This document shows positions 1 to 12,039 of a DNA stretch of 64,000 nt, piece by piece (within the stretch, counting starts at the first letter, position 1; every line of letters starts with the position of its first letter). This DNA is from Octopus vulgaris. Lineage: Eukaryota. The notes under the pieces are model-generated. The model was not told the origin of the DNA, made no database searches, and was given only the letters and a program-made list of their open reading frames with translations. The stretch covers positions 46,686,001-46,750,000 of the forward strand of contig OX597836.1 in assembly GCA_951406725.2 (NCBI GenBank), in the 5' to 3' direction. The translations under genes and the position numbers were made by a program.

Positions 1-49
1 ATGAATGAGGACGTATTTCACAAAAGGAAAAGTATTATAACCATGCATA

Positions 50-221
50 GGTGCAGGAGTGGCTGTGTGGTAAGTAGCTTGCTTACCAACCACATGGTTC
101 CGGGTTCAGTCCCACTGCATGGCACCTTGGGCAAGTGTCTTCAACTATAGCCTCGGGCCGACCAATGCCTTGTGAGTGGATTTTGGTAGACGGAAACTGA
201 AAGAAGTCCGTCGTATATATG

Positions 222-252
<31 letters not shown>

Positions 253-537
253 CAACAATCAAGGAACGGCCATAATAGGCCATTCACCCACTAGAAATAA
301 CAGCCAATAGCTTTAACCGCAAAATAACGTTAATTAACGTTATTTTGCGGTTAAAGCTATTGGCTGTTATTTCTAGTGGGTGAATGGCCTATTATGGCCG
401 TTCCTTGATTGTTGATGTTGAACTTAAAAATAGTTTATGACTATTTAATTTTTTTCCCACTAGGCCGCTGGTGGCAAAAGAATTCTACAAAATTTTTTTT
501 TTTTTTTTTTTGCCACCCTATATTGATTAATTATATT

Positions 538-573
<36 letters not shown>

Positions 574-792
574 CGTGTATGTTTGTGTGTCTGTATTTGT
601 CCCCCTAGCATTGCTTGACACCCGATGCTGGTGTGTTTATGTCCCCGTCACATAGCGGTTCGGCAAAAGAGACCGATAGAATAAGTACTGGGCTTACAAA
701 GAATAAGTCCCGGGGTCGAGTTGCTCGACTAAAGGCGGTGCTCCAGCATGGCCGCAGTCAAATGACTGAAACAAGTAAAAGAGTAAAAGAGT
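50..792 (+). mobile_element. tRNA-derived SINE, family A, interrupted in its internal (TA)n tract by a fold-back insertion
   Basis: A-box-like TGGCTGTGTGG, B-box-like GGTTCAGTCC, CORE-like CCTTGGGCAAGTGTCTT, internal (TA)n/(TG)n, 3' tail AAGTAAAAGAGTAAAAGAG; about 20 copies in window. Confidence 0.85.
251..416. repeat. Perfect 166-bp palindrome with no loop, inside a small interspersed element (about 251-535)
   Basis: 251-333 is the exact reverse complement of 334-416 (centre AACGTTAA|TTAACGTT); both ends of the host element resemble 10290-10530. Confidence 0.9.
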
Positions 793-970
793 AGCTGAGG
801 TTGGGTATAGGGACAACACTTATTGTATCCAGAACCAAAATACTAATAGAATACTAATAAAATTCCCAGTAATGATAAGATATTAAATATGAGGAAATGG
901 GCAATAAAAATCTATACATTAAACAATCTTATGTCTGTAGGTTAATTAAAAGCAAGAATAATAATAATAA

Positions 971-1622
971 TCATCATCATCATCATCATCGTTTAGCGTC
1001 CGTTTTCCATGCTAGCATGGGTTGGACAGTTCTACTGGGGTCTGTGAAGCCAGAAGGCTTCATCAGGCCCAGTCAAATCTGGCAGTGTTTCTACGGCTGG
1101 ATGCCCTTCCTAACGCCAACCACTCTGAGAGTGTAGTGGGTGCTTTTTACGTGCCACAGGTGCCAGACAGAGCTGGCAAACGGCCACGAACGGATGGTGC
1201 TTTTTATGTGCCACCGGCACGAGGGCCAGGCGAGGCTGGCAACGGACACGAAACGGGGCGGTGCTGGCAACGGTCGCGAAACGGAAGGTTCTCTTACATG
1301 CCACCGGCACTGGTAACACATCTGCAATTTCCATTGATCGATTTTGATTCTGATCCTCACTTGCCTCAACGGGTCTTCACAAGTAGAGTTTCGACATGCC
1401 ACCGGCACTGGTAACACATCTGCAATTTATATTGATCGATTTCGATTCTGATCCTCACTTGCCTCAACAGGTCTTCACAAGTAGAGTTTTGTGTCCCAAG
1501 AAGGGAAGGTATGCATACGTAGGCTGGCTCCATCCCATGTAGAAGGCCACGGGTTATGGACTCACTTGTCCTGCCGGGTCTTCTCGCGCACAGCACACTT
1601 CCAGAGGACTCGGTCCCTAGTC
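971..1622 (-). mobile_element. 5'-truncated RTE-clade LINE 3' end (family C) with (ATG)n tail
   Basis: Minus strand begins with TRDRVLWKCAVREKTRQDK* (RTE-like DRxxW C-terminus), then a 3' UTR with internal sub-repeats and an (ATG)n tail; many shorter copies in window. Confidence 0.7.
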
Positions 1623-1630
1623 ATAATAAT

Positions 1631-1671
<41 letters not shown>

Positions 1672-1714
1672 GATTGGTAAAATAGAAAGTATTGAAGATA
1701 AGCATTAATATTGG

Positions 1715-2265
1715 TTTCCTATTTTAGTACAAGGCCAGCAATTTCAGAGGAGGAGGTAAGTCAATTACATTGATCCCAGTATTCAACTGGTACTTATTTT
1801 ATTGGCAGTGAGGGTGCGTGGCTTAGTGGTTAGGGGCATTCGGCTCATGATCGTAAGGTTGTGAGTTCGATTCCCGGTGACACGTTGTGTCCTTGAGCAA
1901 GACACTTTATTTCACTTTGTTCCAGTCCATTCAGCTGGCAAAAATGAGTTGTACCTGTATTTCAAAGGGCCAGCCTTGTCACACTCTGTGTCACGCTGAA
2001 TCTCCTTGCAAACTACGTTAAGGGTACACGTGTCTGTGGAGTGCTCAGCCACATGCACGTTAATTTCTCGAGCAAGCTGTTCCATTGATCGTTTCAGCTG
2101 GGACCCTCGTCGTTGTAACCGACAGAGTGCTCTTTATTTTATTGGCGCTGAAAGGGATGAAAAATAAAGCCAACCTAGGCAGAATTTGAACTCAGAATGT
2201 AAAGACTGACAAAATGTTGCTAAGCATTTTGCCTAGTGTGCTAAAAATTCTACCAGCTTGCTGCT
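1715..2265 (-). mobile_element. SINE family B, degenerate, split by the family-D insertion
   Basis: Reverse complement matches GAGTTCAAATTC...GACTTTGCCTTTCATCC...AAGTACCAGTT motifs of other B copies. Confidence 0.7.
1807..2133 (+). mobile_element. tRNA-derived CORE-type SINE (family D) inserted into a family-B SINE
   Basis: A box TGGCTTAGTGG, B box GAGTTCGATTCC, CORE-like TGTGTCCTTGAGCAAGACACTT; 13-bp TSD TTATTTTATTGGC at 1794-1806 and 2134-2146. Confidence 0.85.
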
Positions 2266-3169
2266 CCAACGATAATAACAATAATAACTAGCAAGACCCA
2301 TGAATATTTCACAGAATAAATGGTAAACCTATTGGATTATTTCTGAAAACTTTATCCAAAAACCCTGGAAGTGTAGCCTGTGTTGTGTCTGTATGGAAAG
2401 GTAGTCACTCAAAAATGAAAGAAACGGGATTTGGATCATTACTCAATGTACTTTATACACTTTATGTACTTTATGTACAATTTTATAGAATTAATACACA
2501 GCACTCATAAAATAAATATTCATTCTTATTTTTCTATTTTCCCCATAAAAAAAAAATCCTGTACATATGATACAACCTTTAGTTAAATTGCAAATATCTA
2601 CCACGTACATATGTGTGAATATTTCATGGAATTGCACTTATGCACATGCATTAAGTGATGGGTGATATGAAAAACTTAGTTCAATTTTAAAAATAACACT
2701 TTTCACAATCCAGTCACCACCACCACCACCACCACCACCACCATCATTATCATCATCTCTCTCTCTCTGCCTTTCTTTAACCTCACCCCTCTGCTAAAAT
2801 TATATTTTTAACTCTCCTCCTCTGCCTTCAACTAACTTTTTCAACCACATAATGAAAATTACATTCCTCCTACCTCACCTCATGGATGCTTCTTTCTCCC
2901 TCTTTCTGTCTCACTCTTTGCCTTATTCTTTTTTCTCTCTCTCTCTCCTTTTTCTTTCTGCTCTCTTTCCTTTCATCTAATCACGTGAAAGTGTTACAAA
3001 TTACATTCCCTCTCCACCTCACTCACAGATGTTTCTTTCTCTCTCTTTTTCTCCCTCACTCTTTTTCTCTCTCCTTCTTTTCTTTCTCCCTCTTCTCTAA
3101 TCACATGAAACTGTTACTAACGGGCTAATTAATGCAATGACAAGCACGATCATTATAAGTTGATAATTT

Positions 3170-3370
3170 CAAATTTTGGCTCAAGGCCAGCAGTTTTGGA
3201 GAAGGGGTTAAACCAATTACATTGACCCCAATACTCAACTGGTACTTAGTTTATCAACCCCAAAAGGATGAAAGGCAAAGTCGATCATGGGGGAATTTGA
3301 ACTCAGAATGTCAAGGCATATGAAATGTTGCTAAGCATTTTGCCCACTGTGCTAACAATTCCACCAGCTT
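3170..3370 (-). mobile_element. SINE family B, degenerate
   Basis: GGATGAAAGGCAAAGTCGA...GAATTTGAACTCAGAA shared with other copies. Confidence 0.7.
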
Positions 3371-3382
3371 TTACCTTATACT

Positions 3383-3383
<1 letters not shown>

Positions 3384-3429
<46 letters not shown>

Positions 3430-3440
3430 TAATAATAATG

Positions 3441-3504
<64 letters not shown>

Positions 3505-3530
3505 TAATAATAATAATAATAATAATAATG

Positions 3531-3571
<41 letters not shown>

Positions 3572-3647
3572 TATAATAATAATAATAATAATAATAATAA
3601 TTATAATAATAATAATAATAATAATAATTATAATAATAATAATAATG

Positions 3648-3682
<35 letters not shown>

Positions 3683-3851
3683 TATAATAATAATAATTAT
3701 AATAATAATAATAATAATAATTATAATAATAATAATAATGATAATAATAATAATAATAATAATAATAATTATAATAATAATAATAATAATAATTATAATA
3801 ATAATAATAATGATAATAATAATAATAATAATTATAATAATAATAATAATG

Positions 3852-3883
<32 letters not shown>

Positions 3884-3926
3884 TATAATAATAATAATAA
3901 TAATAATTATAATAATAATAATAATG

Positions 3927-3982
<56 letters not shown>

Positions 3983-4052
3983 TATAATAATAATAATTAT
4001 AATAATAATAATAATGATAATAATAATAATAATAATAATAATGATTACAATG

Positions 4053-4087
<35 letters not shown>

Positions 4088-4169
4088 TATAATAATAATA
4101 ATAATGATAATAATAATAATAATAATAATTATTATAATAATAATAATTATAATAATAATAATAATGATG

Positions 4170-4228
<59 letters not shown>

Positions 4229-4318
4229 TATAATAATAATAATAATAATTATAATAATAATAATAATGATAATAATAATAATAATAATAATAATTATAAT
4301 AATAATAATAATGATAAT

Positions 4319-4360
<42 letters not shown>

Positions 4361-4444
4361 TATAATAATAATAATGATAATAATAATAATAATAATAATA
4401 ATTATAATAATAATAATAATGATAATAATAATAATAATAATAAT
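3384..4444. repeat. About 1.06-kb (AAT)n microsatellite with GAT/TAT variants
   Basis: Direct reading; source of the poly-Ile ORF. Confidence 0.98.
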
Positions 4445-4590
4445 TTATGTTCTGAGTTCAAATTCCACCAAGTTTGATTTTGCCTTTCCTCCTAACAGGG
4501 TCAATAAATTAAGTACCAGTTTGCTACTGGGGTCAATCTAATCGACTGGCCCCCTCCCCCAAAATTTCAGGCCTTGTACCTAGAGTATAA

Positions 4591-4648
<58 letters not shown>

Positions 4649-5069
4649 CATAGCCACGTGTTGAGAGGGATTCTTTGGGGTTTGGATAATTCACCTCTGG
4701 AAACATGGGTGTTTCGCTCAACATCCTTAACCTTTATTCAGGGACCTTTTGAGCGGGATGGGCTACTCAACCAGAAAAAAATTCTAACTGGGCCCCACCT
4801 GCAAGGTCATGTGCTGTTTATCTTGATATGAGATCACCATGTCATGCACATATGGTTGTGATGCCTGTGCCTAGTGTACCCTTATCAGATGGGTAGTCAT
4901 GATGGGTATACTGGGCTTTGTATATTTTACCCCGGTGTCACTTTGATGGCATGAACTGCTCTCTCACTCAATGATAATAATAATAATAATAACATCAATA
5001 ATAGTAATAATGATGATGATGAGTCAATAGATAAGGTGCTAAGGTGCCACATATGAATGAATGAATGCT

Positions 5070-5460
5070 ATTGTAATTTCCAAAAGCAAAATTATATGTC
5101 TTTTAGAAAATCAACATTTAAAGAAGGATATAGCATATCAGTTTAAGGTCATCATTCCAGGGAATTGTACAAATTAGTACATAGGTTCTTCTGATTCAAT
5201 TTAGAAATATAGATTAATAATCTGAGGTATTTTTGCCATCTCAATATGGCAAAAATAAGATTAATAATCATTCTTCATTTAAGTCTAGAAGAAAATGTAA
5301 TTCTACAAACCTTAGTAAATACATTTCAGATTTAAAAGACCGGAACATCAAATATGATATAAAGTGATCCATTATTAGTTTGTACCATCATACGATACTG
5401 GTAATTTTAAATGGGATCTCTACCTTCAGGAAACATAACGATATAATTACTTCTAACTTT
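5070..5460 (+). pseudogene. Penelope-like retroelement GIY-YIG endonuclease remnant
   Basis: Manual translation: CLLENQHLKKDIAYQFKV...N*YIGSSDSI*KYRL, then NNHSSFKSRRKCNSTNLSKYISDLKDRNIKYDIK*SII and PSYDTGNFKWDLYLQE. This fits the PLE C-terminal pattern (YIG...NHxSSF...STxLSKYIWxLK...WSII...PY...CxLCLxEK) with stops and frameshifts. Confidence 0.75.
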
Positions 5461-5892
5461 CCGCTTTGTATGCATTCATCTATTGGAGATATTTTCTTAG
5501 TTCAGTTTGAATTTAACCAATTTCCGATTGCCTTGATAATGTTGTGTTAGCATATATTTTCAGATATATTAGTTAGACTGGTATTTTATTACCTGTATCT
5601 AAATATGCTGGCACAATAGAAACAATCTTCAGTAATGTCGTAATGGTGTAAAGATGTGATTTTTTCCCATTTTTGTTCTTGTTATCATATCCTCTGAATT
5701 TCTTCTCAGTGATATTTGTGTTTACTTGTCATACATGAGAGATTACCTTGGATGGTAATCTACTTGAAACTATTGGTATCTCATTGTTTGATAAAGTCAG
5801 CCAAGTTCACTTAATACTCTGTGCTTTAGAGATATCTGTCTGGATTTATGATCCCTTTTGTCTTTTATCATTTATACATACATATATATTGT

Positions 5893-6213
5893 TGTATTTC
5901 GGAATGGTCATTTTGCCAGTTTAGCCAATAAAAACACACGCACTATATATTTGGTGTTACTTTGCTTCGGCGTTATTTATTTTTTACATTAAACTAAATC
6001 TTATTTCGGTCAGAGTTCTTTCGTCACACTCCTGAGACCGCATCAGTGGTCCTTTGCTTTCTTCTTTCTTATTTGTGTGCCTCTCCTTACTAACCATCAG
6101 CCACTTTGTATTTCTATTGTATGTGTCTTCATTTATTGGCTAAACTGGCAAAATGACCATTCCTAAATACAATATCTGTTTCAACATACGATTTCACATC
6201 AAAAATCTTGCAA

Positions 6214-6215
<2 letters not shown>
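5893..6215. mobile_element. Small fold-back element with about 40-bp inverted arms, PLE-terminus-like
   Basis: TTGTATTTCGGAATGGTCATTTTGCCAGTTTAGCCAATAAA versus TTTATTGGCTAAACTGGCAAAATGACCATTCCTAAATACAA; flanked by (TA)n. Confidence 0.7.
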
Positions 6216-6254
<39 letters not shown>

Positions 6255-6256
<2 letters not shown>

Positions 6257-6526
6257 GGATCACGTGACCGACCAGTCCATCAGATGTAGTTACACATCGC
6301 TGGTCACAATGCGTTCGCATTGTTTTAGTCTTCGAATGACACCACCCCGCTGGCTAAGCGAGCAGGCCAACAGAAGAAAGAGTGAGAGAAAGTTGTGGCA
6401 AAAGAGTACGGCAGGGTTCGACACCCCTGCCGGAGCCTCGTGGAGCTTTTAGGTATTTCCACTCAATAAACACTCACAACGCCTGGTCTGGGAATTGAAA
6501 CCGCGATCAACTGGGCCATTGCGCCT

Positions 6527-6529
<3 letters not shown>
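6255..6529 (-). mobile_element. tRNA-derived SINE related to family D
   Basis: 5' half matches the copy at 62185-62568 (GGAGGCGCAATGGCCCAGT...GGTTTCAATTCCCAGACC). Confidence 0.75.
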
Positions 6530-6584
<55 letters not shown>

Positions 6585-6594
<10 letters not shown>

Positions 6595-6946
6595 GGGGTT
6601 TAACACAGGTATAATTCAAATACTTTTACTTCTGACATGTTTCTAAGATTTCACTGACATTATTCAAAAGAATAAAATGGTGTAAAACAATGTAATCTTC
6701 TCTTCAGGGAAGTGAAGAAATGAAACTCGTCAAAAAGACATTTTAACAGAAAATGATGTAAATATTAAAATGTTAAAAAATGTTAAAATGTCTTATTGAC
6801 GAGTTTCATTTCTTCACTTCCCTGAAGAGAAGATTACATTGTTTTACACCATTTTATTCTTTTGAATAATATCAGTGAAGTCTTCGAAACATATGTTGGA
6901 AGTAAAAGTATTTGAATTATACCTGCGTTAAACTCCATTTATTTAT
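6585..6946. mobile_element. Fold-back element: two inverted arms of about 165 bp with a 31-nt spacer, next to (TA)n
   Basis: 6585-6749 is the near-exact reverse complement of 6781-6946. Confidence 0.9.
6816..6903 (+). ncRNA. Type I hammerhead ribozyme motif with canonical core
   Basis: Stem I ACTTCC/GGAAGT; CTGAAGA 6822-6828; stem II GAAGA/TCTTC; GAAA 6886-6889; palindromic stem III ACATATGT; GUU cleavage triplet, predicted cut after 6897. Confidence 0.75.
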
Positions 6947-6958
6947 TTATATATTATC

Positions 6959-7243
6959 ATTGGGCAAGTGTCTTCTACTATAGCTTCGGGCCGACCAAAG
7001 CCTTGTGAGTGGATTTAGTAGACGGAAACGGAAAGAAGCCCGTCGTATATATGTATGTATATATATGTGTGTGTGTGTGTTTGTGTGTCTGTGTTTGTTC
7101 CCCTAGTATTGCTTGACAACCAATGCTGGTGTGTTTTTGTCCCCTTAACTTAACGGTTCGGCATAAGAGACCGATAGAATAAGTACTAGGCTTACAAAGA
7201 ATAAGTTCTGGGGCTGATTTATGACTGAAACAAGTAAAAGAGT
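6959..7243 (+). mobile_element. SINE family A, 5'-truncated
   Basis: Matches other family-A copies. Confidence 0.8.
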
Positions 7244-7310
7244 ATGGAAATGTGTATAGCGACGCATTAAAATATTTATAAATTCCACCCAAGAATTATT
7301 ATTGTTATTA

Positions 7311-7361
<51 letters not shown>

Positions 7362-7689
7362 TGTGTGAGTGTATTTGTGTGTGAATATATATATATACAT
7401 GATGGACACTCCCGTTGTTAGATGATGTATGAGGGTGTGACAATTCCTTACCGAACAACCACAGATGATTTGTTTATAGTCATCAAATGTTTGTGTTGAC
7501 ATAAGTTCACTCCCTCCATCAGATCGAGATTACCTGTACAGGTGCAACTGGGTGCTACATGTCAGATGTCGAAATAATCACATTGCGCTCAAGAACACAA
7601 TGCAATGCCTAGTCTGGGAATCGAACCGACAATCTCACAATTATATATATATATGAATATGCATATATATTATTACATGTACACACACA

Positions 7690-7769
7690 CAGATATAGAT
7701 AGGTAGATATAGACAGACAACTAGATCAACAGACAGGTAGGTAGATAGATAGATAGATAGATAGATATG

Positions 7770-7854
<85 letters not shown>

Positions 7855-7895
7855 GGATGGATAGATGGATGGATAGATAGAGACAGACAGACAGA
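7690..7895. repeat. (GATA)n microsatellite
   Basis: Direct reading. Confidence 0.95.
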
Positions 7896-8926
7896 AAGTC
7901 CTGGACTATGGATCGCATGCTCATAACTTCAGATGTTACAAGAAGCAGTGTGTTGTGCCCTGAGAAAGTATTATAACTGTTGGGTGTAGTTTGTACTGAC
8001 GTTCCTAATACAGCTTACTGATGCTAGACTTCATAGATGAGGAGTTGACACAAGGGAGAGCAACCAGTCTCTGAGAGCCATCGTTATAGTGAATCAACTA
8101 TCCATCCTTTAAAACCTCTGGTGACATGTGTGTGTGTGTGTGTGTGTTTTGTACAGATGTGTAAATCAAATGTGAAAATGAATAAAAATGAGGACGTAAT
8201 TGTACCTGAACTCAAATACAAATGAACACCTAAACATTTTCTGAAAAGGTATAAATATATGTTTATATACTAATTTAGTAAAAATATGCAGGCGGATCCT
8301 CTAAGCTTTCAGAACGAGAGAAAAGAAAACTGTGATGGTCCTTTAGAGAGCATATGCCCTCAGCCGCTTCGACTACTTCTCTCAACTATGGGCACCACAC
8401 AGTATAAAATTAACAGCAGAACTCAAAGCAATCCAACAAAGCTACACAAAGAAAATTGTCTCATGGCAAAGGCTGAAAGAGTTTAAACTCTTCTCCCAAG
8501 AAGTCTTCATCAGCAGGTACACCTAGATCAAACATATAAGTGCGAGGCAAATCCAGCATGTGCCTCTTGCTTATACATTTTAATTTTTCAAATCCACCAT
8601 ACCTGTTGATGAAGACTTCGCCTAGAAAATTATTTTATTTGCTAAAAAAAGTCAGAAACCACGGTCCAGGAGATAGATGGTAAATGCTTTTATTTCTCAT
8701 TCCCTTTGAGTTTTTATCCCTAATAGTGGTTTAGACTTTAGCTGTTCCTTCTTGCATGAAAAGAACCCTGTGAAGGATACTTCTTATGTGTTTAAATATA
8801 CACTGTGTTTATATGAATAATATATAGTCTATTGACTAATTTTTCTACACGCTAGGCCACAGGTAGTAAAAATTTCTAAAATATTTATTACCCTCATATT
8901 ATTAATTATATATATACATATATATG

Positions 8927-9290
8927 TAGGCACAGGTGTAGCTGTGTGGTAAGAGGTTTGCTTCCCAACTACATGGTTCTGGGTTCAAGTCTCACAGCAT
9001 AGCACCTAGGACAAGTGTCTTCTACTATTGCCTTGTGCTGACTAAAGCCTTATGAGTAGATTTGGTAGACAGAAACTGATAGAAGCCCATCATGTGTGTG
9101 TGTTTATGTTTATGTGTGTGTGTGTATCTGTGTGCATGTGTGTGTGCGTGTGTGTATATTTTGCATCTGTTTGCTCCCAGCACCACTTGACAAATGGCAT
9201 TGGTGTGTTTATGTCCCAGTAACTTAGCGATCTGGCTAAATAGACTAATAGAATAAGTCCTAGACATAAAAAAATGTCCTGGGGATAATT
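8927..9290 (+). mobile_element. SINE family A, degenerate
   Basis: Diverged match to family A. Confidence 0.75.
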
Positions 9291-9323
9291 CAACGGTTTT
9301 TAGCCATATAACTGAAGCAAGCA

Positions 9324-9389
<66 letters not shown>

Positions 9390-9760
9390 ATATATATGTA
9401 GTTCAAATTTTCAGAAAACAAAAGATGAAGACAGGCGAAGGAATAACAAGCAGATGTATTAGCTTGATGCTTGGGAAAAATGGACAAGTCTTTGATGTTT
9501 TGAGCCTATGCTCTTCAACAGAAATGATTGAGTGGAAAAAAAAAGGAGAGGGAATAAAAAAATGTGTAGGGAATAATGGTTCAACATGATGAAAAATAAA
9601 ACGTATTTGAAATGCAGAGTAGATAAACAGCCGACAACTGATGAAGGGTCGTTCTTTATGTTACTTGTCTTGTTTTTCCATTTGTGTCTTTTGTTGTTTG
9701 CAAAAAAGTCTATGTATTTCCTGTTGTTTATGTTTTGTGACGTCCTGTACCCATATATGC

Positions 9761-9809
<49 letters not shown>

Positions 9810-9937
9810 TTTTCAGCTCAGTTAGCTGGTTTACCAAGCACATTATTTTATGATTGAACACCACGTATCCATTTCCAAGTATATATATGTATAGAATGTT
9901 TGAAGTGATGCACAGATATTGTATATTAAGAAAAAGG

Positions 9938-10245
9938 GAGGCAGTCAGAATTTTGGATAATTCTTTATTAATGCTTTCATCTGTTTAACTAAACTCTTCA
10001 TGAAAAATTGAAACAATAAAAACAGAAAGTTTCTTCAATTTTTTCATATGAATCAAAGAGCAGATGTTTTTTTTTTTGTTTCGTTTAGAAGAAGAGAAAA
10101 TTTTGCTTTTTTGGAGAAAGGAAGAAAGTGAAGAGAATAGCAGGACAATCGATTTTTTTTTATCATTTTGGTTCAATTTTTCTTGAAGAGTTTGGTCAAA
10201 CAAACCTCTAATAAAGTATTATCCAAAATTCTGACTGTCTCATTT
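9938..10245. mobile_element. Degenerate fold-back element with a decayed hammerhead-like core
   Basis: GGCAGTCAGAATTTTGGATAA versus TTATCCAAAATTCTGACTGTC; right arm reads TTGAAGA-GTTT-GGTC-AAAC-AAAC. Confidence 0.55.
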
Positions 10246-10247
10246 TC

Positions 10248-10292
<45 letters not shown>

Positions 10293-10529
10293 ACAATATT
10301 AAGGAATGGCCTTTATAGGCCATTCGACCCACTAGAAAGAGCAGCTAAACTCAAACCGTTAAATAGTTGTAATTCAGAAACCAAAGGAAAATAAAAACAT
10401 TTACCCTTATCATCTTTGGACTATGCATAGTTTCGACATACATATTTGTTGACTATTTTTCCTTTCTCACTGGACCGCTGGTGGCGAAAAATTTCTCTTG
10501 AATTTTTTGCTACCCTGATATTGATTAAT

Positions 10530-10561
<32 letters not shown>

Positions 10562-10749
10562 CATATAATCAAAATAAGCAACAAGGATATCCAGATATCC
10601 TTGTTGCTTATTTTAATTATAACCACCTTATTTTAATATGTATGGATAATACCATACTAAATTCTGATGCCGTCAACTTAAGTACTATATTCATCTGAAT
10701 CTAAATTTTTACTGAACTTATATATACATATATATATATATATTTATCA

Positions 10750-10995
10750 TTATCATCATCATCATTTAACATTCGTTTTCCATGCTAGCACGGGTTGGAC
10801 GGTTCGACTGGGGTCTGGCAAGCCATGGAGGCTGCACCAGGCTCCAGTCTGATTTGGCAGTGTTTCTACAGCTGGATACCCTTCCTAACGCCAACCACTC
10901 TGTGAGTGTAGTGGGTGTTTTTTACGTGCCATTGGCACAGGGGCCAGAGCTAGCTGGCAAACAGCCACAATCGGTTGGTGCTTTTACGTGTCACC
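10750..10995 (-). mobile_element. RTE 3'-end fragment (family C)
   Basis: (CAT)n followed by CCATGCTAGC...CCTTCCTAACGCCAACCAC. Confidence 0.75.
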
Positions 10996-11002
10996 ATATA
11001 TA

Positions 11003-11505
<503 letters not shown>

Positions 11506-12039
11506 ATATATATTTATATCTATTGCATAATGATGCTAATAACTTGATGATTGAACTCAATGTATATTTATGCTTCAGTACAAGTTGAGAGTGGAAATAA
11601 GAGATTGGGAAAACAAAAGAAATGATTATGCTGTGAACACTGTTAGCTTACAGTTGTTACCGTTATAAGTCACAATGCACTCAGAGTGGAGTAAATCTTT
11701 CCTTCCTGTAAAGCAGAAACAGTTGTAAGCAAATGATGTTCTTAACATAATTGTTTATTTCCTTTGTCGTCCCAAACTCATGTAAATGTATGCGTGTGTG
11801 TTAGTGTGTGTGTGTGTGTGTGTAGACATAAAAACACATGTAGAGACAGCAAAACAAGTGACGATGATGATGATGATGTTTATAATATAATCTTAAAATC
11901 CTTATTATAGTACAGACACACAGACACACACAGACACACACACGCACACACACATACACACACACAGCTGGCAAACAATGTGATGATGAATTAGATATGC
12001 TTCAAGATATTCCAGAGTAAGATAAAGTCGAGATCAAAC

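Noticed and set aside
3426-4541. 371-aa poly-Ile ORF
   Set aside because: It is the translation of the (AAT)n microsatellite.
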